DNA of 63,793 nucleotides, the filler included, from Octopus bimaculoides (lineage: Eukaryota), in NCBI RefSeq assembly GCF_001194135.2. It is 7 parts of 4 records of this genome, joined end to end, with 100 filler letters (N's around TTAATTAATTAA, not from the genome) between each part and the next. Parts side by side here need not be neighbours in the genome. Positions count along the whole stretch, not along the records: positions 49,864 to 58,332 come from NC_068993.1; positions 58,433 to 62,252 come from NW_026399894.1; positions 62,353 to 63,793 come from NC_068982.1; 4 more parts are not named here. One strand, written 5' to 3'. The stretch's first letter is position 1, and each line of letters starts with the position of its first letter. Under the pieces are notes generated by a model. It worked only from the letters and a program-made list of their open reading frames with translations, was not told where the DNA came from and ran no database searches. This document shows positions 50,781-63,793 of the stretch, piece by piece. A program made the position numbers and the translations under genes.

Positions 50781-52949
50781 GGCTACAATTTAAGTGTGTG
50801 TGTGTGTGTGTGCGTGCGTGTGCGTGTGCGTGCGCGCTTAGATAATAATCTGTTTCTTTTCAAATATTCCGTTTGAATACTGTTTGAAATGTAAAGCGAA
50901 GGCAGACTCGATTTACAAGCGAATGATCGGAAACGAATACTTCTGAGCACTAGAAATTTGAGTCTATCAATTATAATGCATTAAAGAATACTATGTACAC
51001 TTGTTATGAATCCAGTACTTTGTCGCTTCTGGTGATTCAAAAGGTATATATACATATCTCAAAAGATGTATATATATATAGTTATATATATAGAGAGAGA
51101 ATTTAGCAGTTCGGCAAAAGTGACTGACTGAATATGTACTAGGCTTCAAAAAAATAAGTTGTGGGGTCGATTTTTTCGACTAAAAACGTTTCAAGACGGC
51201 AACCTATCATGGCCGCAGTCAAATGACTGAAACAAGTAAAGTATATATATATATATATATNNNNNNNNNNNNNNNNNNNNNNNNNNNNNNNNNNNNNNNN
51301 NNNNNNNNNNNNNNNNNNNNNNNNNNNNNNNNNNNNNNNNNNNNNNNNNNNNNNNNNNNNNNNNNNNNNNNNNNNNNNNNNNNNNNNNNNNNNNNNNNNN
51401 NNNNNNNNNNNNNNNNNNNNNNNNNNNNNNNNNNNNNNNNNNNTATATATATATATGTATGTATGTATGTATGTTTCGATTGGACCACATTTATAGCTTA
51501 CTTTTTAATACAAAGCATGACATAACAAATGGGTGACGTAACAAATCTTACGGCCGTTTCCGCATCCGTTGCCAAACGCTGTCTATAAATAATTGCAAAA
51601 ATAAAATTCTTCATCTTCATAGGACGTACAGATTAAAGCACGGAGCTCCAGCAGAGTAACAAAACAAGAGTATCCGATATAAACAAAGAGAAGAAGGAAA
51701 ATGAAAGTAAATATGGCTTGGAAATCTTGGAAGTCTAGAAACCCAATATATTTAAAGCATATAATCTACAGCTTTGAGTTAATATAACCTTAGTTTATAA
51801 TTTTTAATTATTAGAGTTAATTAGTATTTCATTCTAATCTTAGGGTAATTGTAATTGCTTTTCAAGTAAATTGTTTGAATTGAAGGAAACTTTACTCATA
51901 GTACTAATTTTCCAGTGGACCCAGTACTAACTGTACTCATTTAGTACCAATATACTCTTTTAAATTGTTTATATAATGATAGGAACTATTTAACTGTAAT
52001 GATTATGTAATGCTTATTAAGCATATTTAGTATACTGTGGTAACTTGTGAGTTTTATTAACTGATAATAATTAACATGTGATTTGGTCTTAAATGTTAAC
52101 CGCTTAATTGTAAATGACCTTTTAATTGGGCATTGTAGTGTACCTATAAGATGGATTTTTCTTGCGTACCTGTATATATCTAATTATTACCACAATTTGC
52201 TATATATGAGGTTAAGTCCAAATTCATTTCCTAGTAGCCTTAATAGAATCGCTGAATTACCTGTACTAGTTGCACCCCCCCCCCAACCACAACCTGAGGC
52301 TACTTACTCTTCGACCGTTCTTTCATGCAAGTTATAACGTTAAGCTGCTGAAGAACATAAGCGGCCCCGCACCACTTACATCATTGTCTATTCCCGTAGA
52401 CCCTTTATTTTTTCTTATGCATTTTATTGACATATCCGTTGTAATGGTTTTAACTTGTGACCTCGGTTCAAATTATAACTGACCAATTGTAGAGACCACT
52501 GGGACTTGGACTTGCCCAATTGTGGACCATAGGTGGGATTCTCAATAATATTTCTGTGAGTACACCTTCTTAAGCACCCTACGGTAATGTTTTGGATACA
52601 TTTTAACTTGAGTTTACTTCGTTAGTATAGGTACTGCCCTTTGATAATCATGTTAGTAAGTTTCCTTGTATTATTTCTTTGATCACTTCCTTTCATAAAT
52701 CTTAAAACATCTTGTCCCTCACCCTTTAATTGAAACTACCCGGAAATAAATATCAGTATTTCCTAGACCACTCTTTTACAAACGGACCTCGTACCCCCAG
52801 GATGGTTGGGCTTCTTAGACTCCTTTTCTAGACTATGTCTTCTTTCCTATTCCTTCTTCCCTTTATATTGGATACTCTTGTTTTTTTACTAAGGTAAAGC
52901 TCTGTGCCTCATCTACCCGGGTGAAGTTGCCTCTCCAGTTCCTACAGCA

Positions 52950-53420
52950 TCAGAACTAGGTATTGAACATTAGTTCAATAATTTTAAGAACAAATAAGTT
53001 GGAAAATTAAGTAAATCGAACCAGCCGTTTGAATTTGGCCCTAGCAGCATTAAGAATGTGTTTTCACCAGGTCAAAAACCTCGGTAATATTGAGGCCTAA
53101 CATTTAGAGTGATTGTTGCGATAGAATCATGTGCTGCTCATGATTTTAGTGGTATGTATTGCAATGATATTTTCGTGATATGAGTTGTGTTTGTGTTTTC
53201 TTGTTGGGAGAGACGAGATTAGTATTGGAGGAAGCTTTCGAGGTTTCTGTTCTTGGATTTGTGCGCGTGTGGAGTGGATAAAATATGGTTGGGATAGGGT
53301 TAGGGAAGTATGAATTATCATTTGCATAATTGTGCGCGTTGCTGGACACAACAACAAATAAGTCGCTTATATAAAATGGTAGGAGAATGGTTGACAAAAC
53401 CAACATTGAAAGATGCCAGA
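52950..53420 (-). mobile_element. Degraded CR1/L2-group LINE reverse-transcriptase fragment
   Basis: LSTILLPFYISDLFVVVSSNAHNYANDN resembles the region around RT YADD. Further on, LGLNITE.. and TW*KHILNAARAKFKRL resemble the LG-x-x-x-x-DLSW..HI motif. Confidence 0.55.
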
Positions 53421-53659
53421 TTTCATACACTGAGGACCAAAAACAAAAAGAAAGAAAAAAACCCCGTCTGATAGGAAGCTGCCGGTTCAAGAAATGGATG
53501 AAAGTCGGATAGATCCCTTAGGGAACAATTACGATTGGGGATTTGCATGTCAGATATGTTCGGTTGTTTTGCTGATGAGTGAACTTAGTTCATGTCTCAA
53601 TTAATAGCACTAGTACCTGGAAATGACATATAATGATAATTCTTCGTATTATACTATAC

Positions 53660-53890
53660 CGTTGGCACCATAGCCTATTCGAGTAAAGAGTTATTTTTTG
53701 CTTAAATATATCTGGATGTTGGTGGATTATCTGGAATTTGTTGGAGATAATCGCCCAGGACCTGTTTGAATGTTATGACGAGCGAAGGGGAGAAGTGAAG
53801 GATAATGGTAGAGGTGTGTTCAGATTGAAAAGTGCTGAGGATCCAGGAGTATGCCCTGCGGACCATGTCGATTTTGTTTATGTTGGCCCT
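53660..53890 (-). mobile_element. CR1-group LINE ORF2 C-terminal fragment
   Basis: VRRAYSWILSTFQ...ITFKQVLGDYLQQIPDNPPTSRYI*AKNNSLLE resembles CR1-like C-termini; internally deleted. Confidence 0.6.
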
Positions 53891-53901
53891 CCATACATAC
53901 G

Positions 53902-54025
<124 letters not shown>

Positions 54026-54984
54026 AATAAAAAAAGGGGTTTGTATGATCGTGTATAGAGGAATATATTATTTAACAGAATTCCAACTCTGTATTTTATG
54101 TTTTATTTATATTCTTATAAGATTAATGAGGGATATAGAATATGGAATATATAATGTAAATAGTAAAATGAAATGAAGTATTGAATGTCTTATTGAATAT
54201 ATGAAATATTGAGTATTAAATATATATAGGGACTAGTATACTTTCCTACTTCATATACATACATGTGTATATATGTACATACACGCACATATAGTGATAA
54301 AATTACTAATGTGCGATAAACTGTAATTTATAACTAAATAATACATTAAACATATCCGCGCGCGCGCACATCCACCTCCATATACAAACACACACACTCA
54401 AGAGTTCACCATACGAAAACTCAAGAAAAAGTTATTTTTATCAAAAAGTAAAAACAAAGAAATGAAATATAAAGCTATTATTAAGCAACGAGGAACATTT
54501 ATTAGTTTTAAAAAATCTAGAGGCCTAGGTAAAAAAGAAACAACAACAGAAAACTAGCAAAAATCTGAATATAAAAAGCAACTTCAGAAACGACATTTCT
54601 AAACGCAAGAGAAACAGTAGAAGCGTAAATGTCACTTGCTGCCCCAGACACGCCCACTTAGTAATTGTTTCATCTTCAGTAGCCAATGATATTACCAGGT
54701 TGTCATGAAACGTGTTGAAAAATACAAAGTGTATTCATGCATTGACTGGTGAGTGTGTAGGTATTTGTATGAAGTGGGGGAAAGAAAGACTGATCCTAAC
54801 GAGAGAAAGAAATTGTGAATGAAGAAAGTATGGAAGGATAGAAGTACTTGTCTTGTATCCCAATTTTTTTCTTAAAAGGGACACACCGCAAATACACACA
54901 CACACACACACACTCATACATACACACACACACATTGAATAGATAACGTTTATTTCTGTCAACATTTTTCTTTAACATCGGCGC

Positions 54985-55188
54985 AGGCGTAGCTGAGTGG
55001 TAAGAAGTCTGATTCCCTACAAAATGGAACTGGATTCACTTCCAGAACTTAGGCAGATGTCTTCGGCTATGACCCTAGGCCAGTTAAAGCCTTGGGAGGG
55101 TATTTTGTGGATGGAAACTGAAAGAGACCTGTTATACACACATATACACATACATGTGTACATGCAGACATTATATATCTGCATACAT

Positions 55189-55234
<46 letters not shown>

Positions 55235-55455
55235 CTTGTGTTTGTCCGTCACCATCACCACAACCACCACCACTTGACACTCGGGTGTTGGTTTGTTTAT
55301 GTTGCAGTCACTTAACAGTCCAGCAAAAGAGACAATAGAATAAAGTATTCGGCTTAAAAAAAAAAGTATATGTACTGGAATCGTTTCGTCCTACTAGAAC
55401 CTTTCAAAATTTTGCTCCAGCATGGCAGCAGTCCAGTAACTGAAACAAGTAAAAG
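54985..55455 (+). mobile_element. SINE family C
   Basis: GGCGTAGCTGAGTGGTAAGAAG head, CA/TG tract, tail ending TGAAACAAGTAAAAGA. Confidence 0.75.
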
Positions 55456-56152
55456 ATATCATCCACTTAATAGGGAGCTCGATACAGATGAAGATAGATC
55501 TTGTCTGCGCCACACTTTCGTTACCTCTAACTTGTTTCACTTGTAACAGATATCAAAAAGAAAAAAAAAACTGGGTTCGATGTAATAGACATAAACGGTC
55601 CCACCAAATTGCTGGCCATGTGCCAATATTTGAAATTAATAACTACTGCTTGAGTGATAACATCCATTTATCCATTTAACAATGTATATTTGTTGGCGTG
55701 AAGTATCTTTGCCACTTAAATGCGGCTAACCCCTAAGGGTGAATGCTACTGTAGCTTGTAGCCCCAGGAGAACATCTCCTCCAGCTGGCTATTGACACAC
55801 TTTCTGTGCCCTGTCGGTATATTTGTTGTTTCTCCTTAATTTGAGAATCTATGCATGTGTTAAGAAAATGTCGTGGCTGATTATGTCGAAGCCCTGTTAC
55901 AAAAACGATGATATAATAATCAACAAAAACCGTATATAAATATGGCAAGACACATCAGGGTCTTTATAAATTAATGCTAATTATTTAATTTTTTCCATTT
56001 CTCTAAACAGGAATTATGTTTTATTATTTCTTAACGAAGTCATTGTGGGTTGGCAAGTGAATTAATTACAAGCACTGGATTTAGTTATATTTGATTAAAG
56101 AAACAAAAGAAAAAGAAGGAACACATACACAAACATGTATGTACGTATATAT

Positions 56153-56201
<49 letters not shown>

Positions 56202-57166
56202 NNNNNNNNNNNNNNNNNNNNNNNNNNNNNNNNNNNNNNNNNNNNNNNNNNNNNNNNNNNNNNNNNNNNNNNNNNNNNNNNNNNNNNNNNNNNNNNNNNN
56301 NNNNNNNNNNNNNNNNNNNNNNNNNNNNNNNNNNNNNNNNNNNNNNNNNNNNNNNNNNNNNNNNNNNNNNNNNNNNNNNNNNNNNNNNNNNNNNNNNNNN
56401 NNNNNNNNNNNNNNNNNNNNNNNNNNNNNNNNNNNNNNNNNNNTATATATATATATATATATATATTTACACACACACACACACACACATATATAAGCAG
56501 AGTATGGCAAGGTAGAAAATGGAAAAATAATTTTATCATGAAGAACATTTTAGTACCGGTTTCAGTTTTGAGACTTTTTCAACTTAGTTGTGGAAAAATT
56601 AAATGAAGTGTTTTTTCAAAATATTTCCATAGATCTCAAATGCAAGGGACATTTTCCTTTTTTCACTCTGTTTTTGCCTCTCTATTTTACACAGGTGAGA
56701 TCTTGGTAGCAGGTAGCAGGTAGCAGACTGTAATAGTGGGACTGAACCCGGAAATATGTGGTTGGGAAGCAAGCTTCTTACCACAGGGAGGTGCCGCCAA
56801 GGCAGTGCCTACTTTGGATAAAATAGATCGAGAGCAACATTTTCCTCACATGGCAAAATATGTACCTAATTCAATAAAATTAGGAAGGTTAGCCTCATTA
56901 CTGTGCATATATGTTTTATTTTTTTGTAGATTAGGCAGGCATAATTCGCCCGTTTTTCAATCTCAGTACCTAAGCTACGCATGGTATTCCTGTAGTGCAC
57001 TTGTTGAGCACATATCTACGACAACGTTGCTTTACGTGCTATAAAGGCTGAAATAGATCTGCTCACAACACAACGTGCGCCAGCGTTTCGGTTATTTTTT
57101 GTGTGTTTTACGATGTAAAGGTCACCAACTGCTTATCCAGAGTAATTAAAGGTCGGCACGTGCCTG

Positions 57167-57267
<101 letters not shown>

Positions 57268-57357
57268 AATATGCACCCACTCATTTGTATATATGCATGT
57301 ATGTATGTATGTACACATACGTTTACATATACATACACATAAACATATACGTTTATA

Positions 57358-57389
<32 letters not shown>

Positions 57390-57722
57390 CGTACATAGGA
57401 TGATAGACAGAGATATATAGACAGATAGACAGACAGACAGATAGACAGATAGACATATATATATATATATATATATATATAGATAGATAGATAGATAGAT
57501 ACATATATACATACATACATACATACATACATAGTTAGTAAGGGATTACCCCAAAACGATTGCCAGCTAGCTCACAGGTATTCAGCATTCGACAGTTACC
57601 ATGTAAATCAATAAAAAGTCTATGTAAGGCGGTATATAAATTAAAGAATTATACGTAATGCTATGCAACGGCATAGTAGTCATTATTAATATTACTAACA
57701 TTATACATATGCATAGATACAT

Positions 57723-57758
<36 letters not shown>

Positions 57759-58212
57759 GTACATATATATAGATATATACATATATATAAACATATATAC
57801 ATACATGTGCATATATATATATATATATCCATATATATCTATATATATAAACATATATATACATATATAAATATATATACACGTACATATGTGCATATAC
57901 ATATATCTATATATACATATAAATACACATATTTATACTTAAATATATATATATATATGTAAACATACATATACTCGTTTACTCTTTTACTTGTTTCAGT
58001 CATTTGACTGCGGCCATGCTGGAGCACCGCCTTAAGTCGAGAAAATCAACCCAGGACTTACTCTTTGTAAGCCTAGTACTTATTCTATCGGTCTATTTTA
58101 GCCGAACCGCTAAGTTACGGGGACGTAAACACACCAGCATCGGTTGTCAAGCGATGGTGGGGCCACAAACACAGACACACAAACACACATACATACATAT
58201 ATATATATATAT

Positions 58213-58332
58213 ATCGTCCGATCAAAAAGTGTCCCGTTTGTTGCCAAAGTACCGAAGCTGAAGTACGCTCGACTTAAAAGGAAGGTGTGTAGTGTGTGAT
58301 CATCGCATTGACAATGGCAGAGAAAGTTGTGC
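58213..58332 (+). mobile_element. Possible mariner-type transposon terminus inserted in (TA)n, cut by a linker gap
   Basis: TATCGTCCGATCAAAAAGTGTCCCG directly follows a TA run and resembles mariner TIR starts. The other end is not visible. Confidence 0.3.
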
Positions 58333-58679
58333 NNNNNNNNNNNNNNNNNNNNNNNNNNNNNNNNNNNNNNNNNNNNTTAATTAATTAANNNNNNNNNNNN
58401 NNNNNNNNNNNNNNNNNNNNNNNNNNNNNNNNAAATCTCTCCTCAGATCACACCCTGACTCATAAAAACATAGAGTGAGGTGGACAACCTCGCCCCTAAT
58501 ATACAAAAAACACACTGGCTGGCTACTTCTGGAATGTACTTTGATCATAGACCTGCTAAATCACAGATGACCTGGGGCTAAACGACATCAACAGAAACAT
58601 CTCTACCATTATGTTAATTTTATTTTTGTCTACATTTCCTCCTCTGACATTTATATCTCCTCTTCCTCTCTGTCCTTCT

Positions 58680-58845
58680 CTCTCTCTCTCTCTCTCTCTG
58701 TCTGTCTTTCTATCTCTCTTTCTCTCTCTCTCTTTTTCTTTCTCTCACTCTCTCTCTCAATCCTTAGTAGATATGCATACACACATATAGCATAAACTCT
58801 GTCTATCTACCTATCTATCTATCTATGTATCTATCTATTTATCTA

Positions 58846-58879
<34 letters not shown>

Positions 58880-59508
58880 AGTCTGTCTATCTGCCTGTAT
58901 GTCTGCCTGGCTGTCTGCTTGTTTATCTATATATCTGTCTATCTGTCTGTCTATCTGTCTGTCTATCTGTCTATCTAAATGCATATCTATCTATATATCT
59001 ATCTGTCTATCTATCTATCTCTCTGTCTGCTTGTTTGTCTATCTGTCTGTCTATCTGTCTGAGAGTCTCTCTCAATGTTTGCCTATTCGTCTATCTCTTA
59101 ATGAATCTATCAACCAATATCTGTTTATCTGCCTGTCTGCCTGCCTGTCTATGTCTCTATGTATGCATGCATGCAGGCAAGATTGTCTATCTATCTATCT
59201 ATCTATCTGTCTGTCTGTCTGCCTGTCTGTCTGTCTGTCTGTCTAATTCTTTCCTTCCGTCTTATCATTCTTCCAACGCTACCACACGCTGTGCAGTATG
59301 CATGCACATACACAGGCACATGCGCCCGCACCCACCCCCACCCAACACACATTATCTGTCTGTCTCTCTCTCCCTCTCATTCTTTGTCTTTCAACACACA
59401 CACACACACACACACACTCACATACACTCACACACACACACACTCTTTGTATCTCTCCACACGACGCACACTATCTACCTTTCCCCCCTCTCTTCGTCTC
59501 TCTCCACA

Positions 59509-59541
<33 letters not shown>

Positions 59542-59720
59542 TCTCCCTCTCTCTCTCTCTCTATCTCTCACTCTCTCTTTCCTTCAATCTCTCTGTTTCT
59601 CCCCCCCTCTCTCTGTCTCTCCACACTCGCTCATTTACACTTTTTCTACGCATTCTCTCTTCCACTGCAACACTTTTCGTCTCTCGCATACGTTCTCCCT
59701 CATCTCGAATCTTCTTTCTT
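58680..59720. repeat. (TCTA)n/(TCTG)n/(CA)n/(CT)n compound tract
   Basis: Directly visible. Confidence 0.9.
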
Positions 59721-59968
59721 CTCTCTGTCAGATGGTCTCTTTTTTCTCACGCGAAACTTTATCGTGTAATAATTACATTATCAATTGTTATCTAACATTT
59801 CGTGCTCAAACTCAGTCTCTCTCCGTCATGGCTCAGATTAAAATAAACACTGGTTGCTCATGTTGTGTATTTCTAGATCGGCTCTTCTTGTATTGAACTG
59901 TCATCAATAGCGTTTCAACCATGACAATGCCGCCTATTTCTGAAATATTTCTCATTTAGGGCTACATT

Positions 59969-60231
59969 GTTGAGGTACCTGGCCTATTGGTTAGAGCAGC
60001 GGACTCGCGGGTTCGAATCTCAGACCGGATGATGTATGTGTTTATGAGTGAAACACCACGAAGTTCCGGCAGATGGAAATGGCGAACTTCTGTTGACTCT
60101 TCCCCTCCTGCATCTAGCAGCTCACCTGTGATGGGCCGGGGTGCCGTCCAGGTGGGGGAGCTATATGCACATGAAACTGGAAACCTTATGAGCCAGGCAT
60201 GGCTCGAGAAGGAACAAACAAAAACAACAAC
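59969..60231 (+). mobile_element. SINE with the family-A head and a different 3' module; 11-bp TSD
   Basis: Head GGCCTATTGGTTAGAGCAGCGGACTCGCG...CAGACCGG; tail CTTATGAGCCAGGCATGGCTCGAGAAGGAACAAAC plus (AAC)n; AGGGCTACATT at 59958-59968 and 60232-60242. Confidence 0.8.
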
Positions 60232-62352
60232 AGGGCTACATTATCACAAGCAACCTTGTTATTAATGCAGAGATGGTGTTGATATGAGAGACAATTATAT
60301 ATATATATATATATATATACAAATACATGCATATATATANNNNNNNNNNNNNNNNNNNNNNNNNNNNNNNNNNNNNNNNNNNNNNNNNNNNNNNNNNNNN
60401 NNNNNNNNNNNNNNNNNNNNNNNNNNNNNNNNNNNNNNNNNNNNNNNNNNNNNNNNNNNNNNNNNNNNNNNNNNNNNNNNNNNNNNNNNNNNNNNNNNNN
60501 NNNNNNNNNNNNNNNNNNNNNNNNNNNNNNNNNNNNNNNNNNNNNNNNNNNNNNNNNNNNNNNNNNNNNNNNNNNNNNNNNNNNNNNNNNNNNNNNNNNN
60601 NNNNNNNNNNNNNNNNNNNNNNNNNNNNNNNNNNNNNNNNNNNNNNNNNNNNNNNNNNNNNNNNNNNNNNNNNNNNNNNNNNNNNNNNNNNNNNNNNNNN
60701 NNNNNNNNNNNNNNNNNNNNNNNNNNNNNNNNNNNNNNNNNNNNNNNNNNNNNNNNNNNNNNNNNNNNNNNNNNNNNNNNNNNNNNNNNNNNNNNNNNNN
60801 NNNNNNNNNNNNNNNNNNNNNNNNNNNNTATGTATATATATATATGTATATATATATATCTTACTTTATCATTTTACTTCTTTCAGTCAGTCTGTCTGTC
60901 TGTCTGTTCGTCTGTCCGCCACTCTCTTTCTCTCTTTGTTTCTCTCATCCCTTATTTCACTTTGTCTCCCTCCATTGCCTACAGAAATTTGCCCGTTCTT
61001 CTCTTATCTGCTTGCATAATTCTCATAGCCTTTCATTTCTTAACTCATGGATTCCCGTCTGTGTGTTTTTGTTGTTGTTGTTACTGTCCTCCTTCTCTTC
61101 TTTTCTTCCTCCCTTCCTTCCTTTCTTTCTTTCGTCATTCATTCCTTCCTTCCTTCCTTCCGTAAACCCCCTCTTCTGTTCCTTATCCGAGTCCGCTGGT
61201 TTATTCATTTAAGTACAAAATTCCCTTATTCTTTATTAAAACATTCTTACAATTCTCATCTTCATACAATTCCACCACATTTCTCCAAAAGATAAATCCC
61301 TTATTCTCTGATTCTCTTACATTATCATTCCTTATTCGCATTCCTCTTTATATTTTCCCCGTTTATTCACTCTAATTCTATCAGTATTTCACTCCCCATT
61401 CATTCTTAATTCTTCGTTTGGCTATCTCCTCACATTTCTTCACCCTTTCATTACGCAAATCTGCAATTCATTCATTTGCTTATTATATCATTCTCTTAAA
61501 CTTCAGTTCCATCATTTTTTTCAATATTCTCTTTCATGAAGTCGCTTATTCACAGCAATTCCTAATTCCCGTATTTTCGTGTTACGCTACTTCCGTACAC
61601 TCTTTTTTCCCTATTATTATTACACCCTATCCCTATTCCGTTATTGACAATGTGATTTAGTCAATGTATATAAATCGTCCGAAGAATGTCTGAATGTTAA
61701 CACAGACATGAAACTAATATGAACAATGTAGTAATCTATATATTGGCTAAACCACATTATGAATCAAGGATTAGAGATAAGGTGTAATAAGGGATTAGCA
61801 CATTCCACGGAAGGATACCAGCTTATATGACATAACATTGTCTGTCTTAAAGGAGTCTTTCTTTCTGTCTCTCACCCCCTCTCTCTCTCTCCCTCTCTCC
61901 CACTCTCTCTCTCTCTCTCTCCCTTTCTCTCCCCCTCTCTATTCGTGTCTCACTGCCAATTTTATATATCCTGCTTTGACTCAGATTCTGCCGCTTCTAT
62001 CCACCACTCCCTTTCGACTTCTCTTATTTCTCTTTCGCTCATCATAATTATTACATTTCTCTTCATCCTCTGCCTCGCTATCACTATTCCCATCATCATC
62101 ATCATCATCATCAATATCATCATCGTCGTCGTCGTCATTATCGTTACCCTCAACATCACCTTTATTTTCTTCTTCTTCTTCTTCTTCTTCTTCTTCTTCT
62201 TCTTCTTCTTCTTCTTCTTCTTCTTCTTCTTCTTCTTCTTCTTCTTCTTCTTNNNNNNNNNNNNNNNNNNNNNNNNNNNNNNNNNNNNNNNNNNNNTTAA
62301 TTAATTAANNNNNNNNNNNNNNNNNNNNNNNNNNNNNNNNNNNNNNNNNNNN

Positions 62353-63100
62353 ATGTAGTCGATTTGGCTAGAGTGTCTGCCGGAACGGTAAGTGACTAGG
62401 TGACAGGCTGGTTTCCTAAAGTTGGTATTGCAAACCATAAGGTCGTTTGCATCACAGAACTCCAGCAGTCTGGTTCCCTCCTCATTGCGGGAACCGAAGC
62501 CATAACCTCCATGAATGCCATGGAAGCCCCCTGCATAACGTCCTACATGACCGTTGAAGTTACCAGCTACAAAGAGAAGGTCCCTGTCATTCGTCGACGA
62601 GGTAGTTTGCAAGAGGGTATCGAAGAATTGGTCTTTCTGCCCAGCCGGTAGCCCCGGTTGAGGGGCATAGGCCAAGATGACGGTAGCTAACCTATGATGA
62701 AGCACTAGTCTAATCTAAAGTACTCTGTCACATATTCTGACTACTTCGATTACCTTATCAACCCATTTCTCTGCTAGAAGTATTCCCACACACCCGACCT
62801 CGTCAGTGTTCCTTGCCCAGAAAATCTTGTACCTTTATTCTTTGCCTGTGAGGAACCTCGCGAACCCTCCCCTCCATCTTACTTCTTGGATGCAGCACAG
62901 ATCAACCCGTCTCCGTTCAAGCATCTCAACAATCTCACCAGACCTACCTTTCAGACTGCCGACGTTGAGAGTGCCAATTCTGACGGTGTGGGAGGAATGG
63001 GCCTGTGCGAATCTGGAATGCGGGAAAGCAGTGTCCTGTACCTGAAAAGAAAGCTTGCATCTGGCAGAATTCATAAACAAAACAATACCTACAACCTGCA
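62353..63100 (-). mobile_element. RTE-clade LINE, apurinic endonuclease domain (pseudogene), cut by a linker gap
   Basis: One minus frame reads RIGTLNVGSLKGRSGEIVEMLERRRVDLCCIQEVRW...GKE*RYKIFW..VGILLAEKWVDKV..DRVL*IRL..AYAPQ..AGNFNGHVG..GFGSRNEEGTRLLEFC..NTNFRK..QIDY, with two in-frame stops. Confidence 0.9.
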
Positions 63101-63793
63101 TACACTCCCCAATCTTTATGTGCTACAAGGTCTATAAGGGGGAGGATAAAGGCCTCTATGAGTGTTCGCAGGAGACAATCAAAGATGACAGACGATAAGA
63201 ACTTCCGGTACTGGTGGCGGTTGTACCGCGAGCCAAGAGAGTTTGGTCGTAATTCTGTCAGCGGAGAGATTCGTTGGCGATTAGGATATGGTCGGAAATT
63301 GAACTGATTTATATAGAGTAGGGTCACGTACGAATCAAAGAAAGATAGGGGGAGAGAGAAATACTGATTCATAGAGAGTGAGGCAGAGAGAGAAGGCGAG
63401 AGAGAGAGAGAAAGAGAGAGAGAGAGCGAGAGAGAGGGGTACAGGCAACAATACATCACGCGGGAATAAAGATTCTTCGGGTATTTCTAGAACAAAGTTG
63501 AATGAAGATAGCAGTGCCTAAATCGTGAGTTTGAAAGCTTAAATCGGTAAACATATTTGAGTAAGAATTAAATAGTAGTTTCTAAGGGAAGAGAGAGAAT
63601 TTAGCCAGGTTTAGGGTTACGGGAGCGATAACTTTAACAAAGTAATGAAGCGATAACTTGAATGAAGTAAATCAAAAAATAAATAAGCATGAATTTAAGA
63701 CAAAACAGAGAACGAGTGATGTTTACATGTAAAGAAACATATTGATAATAGAGAAACGGTCGGGGTGGGGGAGTGCGAAAGATATGGGTATGG

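Noticed and set aside
54648-54690. CACGCCC and AGCCAATGA motifs as a promoter
   Set aside because: Two short motifs without other support are expected by chance in 64 kb.
56690-56735. TTTTACACAG|GTGAGA splice-like site with GGTAGCA triplication
   Set aside because: It abuts a SINE head and no open exon could be built.
58825-59896. 314-aa and 245-aa ORFs
   Set aside because: Built from TCTA/TCTG/CA/CT repeats, which lack stops in these frames.

Overview
Eukaryotic, AT-rich, repeat-saturated genomic DNA with many N gaps. The SINE, LINE and microsatellite content resembles what I recall from coleoid cephalopods, most likely Octopus; this is inference, not a database result. I cannot support any intact host protein-coding gene: most long ORFs in the track are microsatellite or N-gap read-throughs. 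Supported features: (i) at least four SINE-like families (A: tRNA-like head with a (CAA)n tail; B: GAGCTGGCAGAA...GTCGACTTTGCCTTTCATCC; C: tRNA/CORE-like head, internal microsatellite and a TGACTGAAACAAGTAAAAGA tail; E: short degenerate family); (ii) decayed DNA transposons: a full-length 1326-bp DD41D-type Tc1/mariner with TIRs and TA duplication, a DD37D (maT-type) fragment, a pogo/Tigger relic and a probable mini-Helitron; (iii) LINE relics of RTE, CR1/L2-like and L1/Tx1-like type; (iv) six minimal hammerhead-ribozyme-like motifs of the kind found in Penelope-like elements, four of them within about 800 bp at 32.3-33.2 kb; (v) a SINE flanked by a ~137-bp direct repeat, a templated local duplication, and a few candidate cis-regulatory islands and exons. 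Six artificial N44-TTAATTAATTAA-N44 linkers show the window is seven joined pieces, so adjacency across them is not established. I did not find a clearly new multi-gene system; the hammerhead-like cluster is the best lead.
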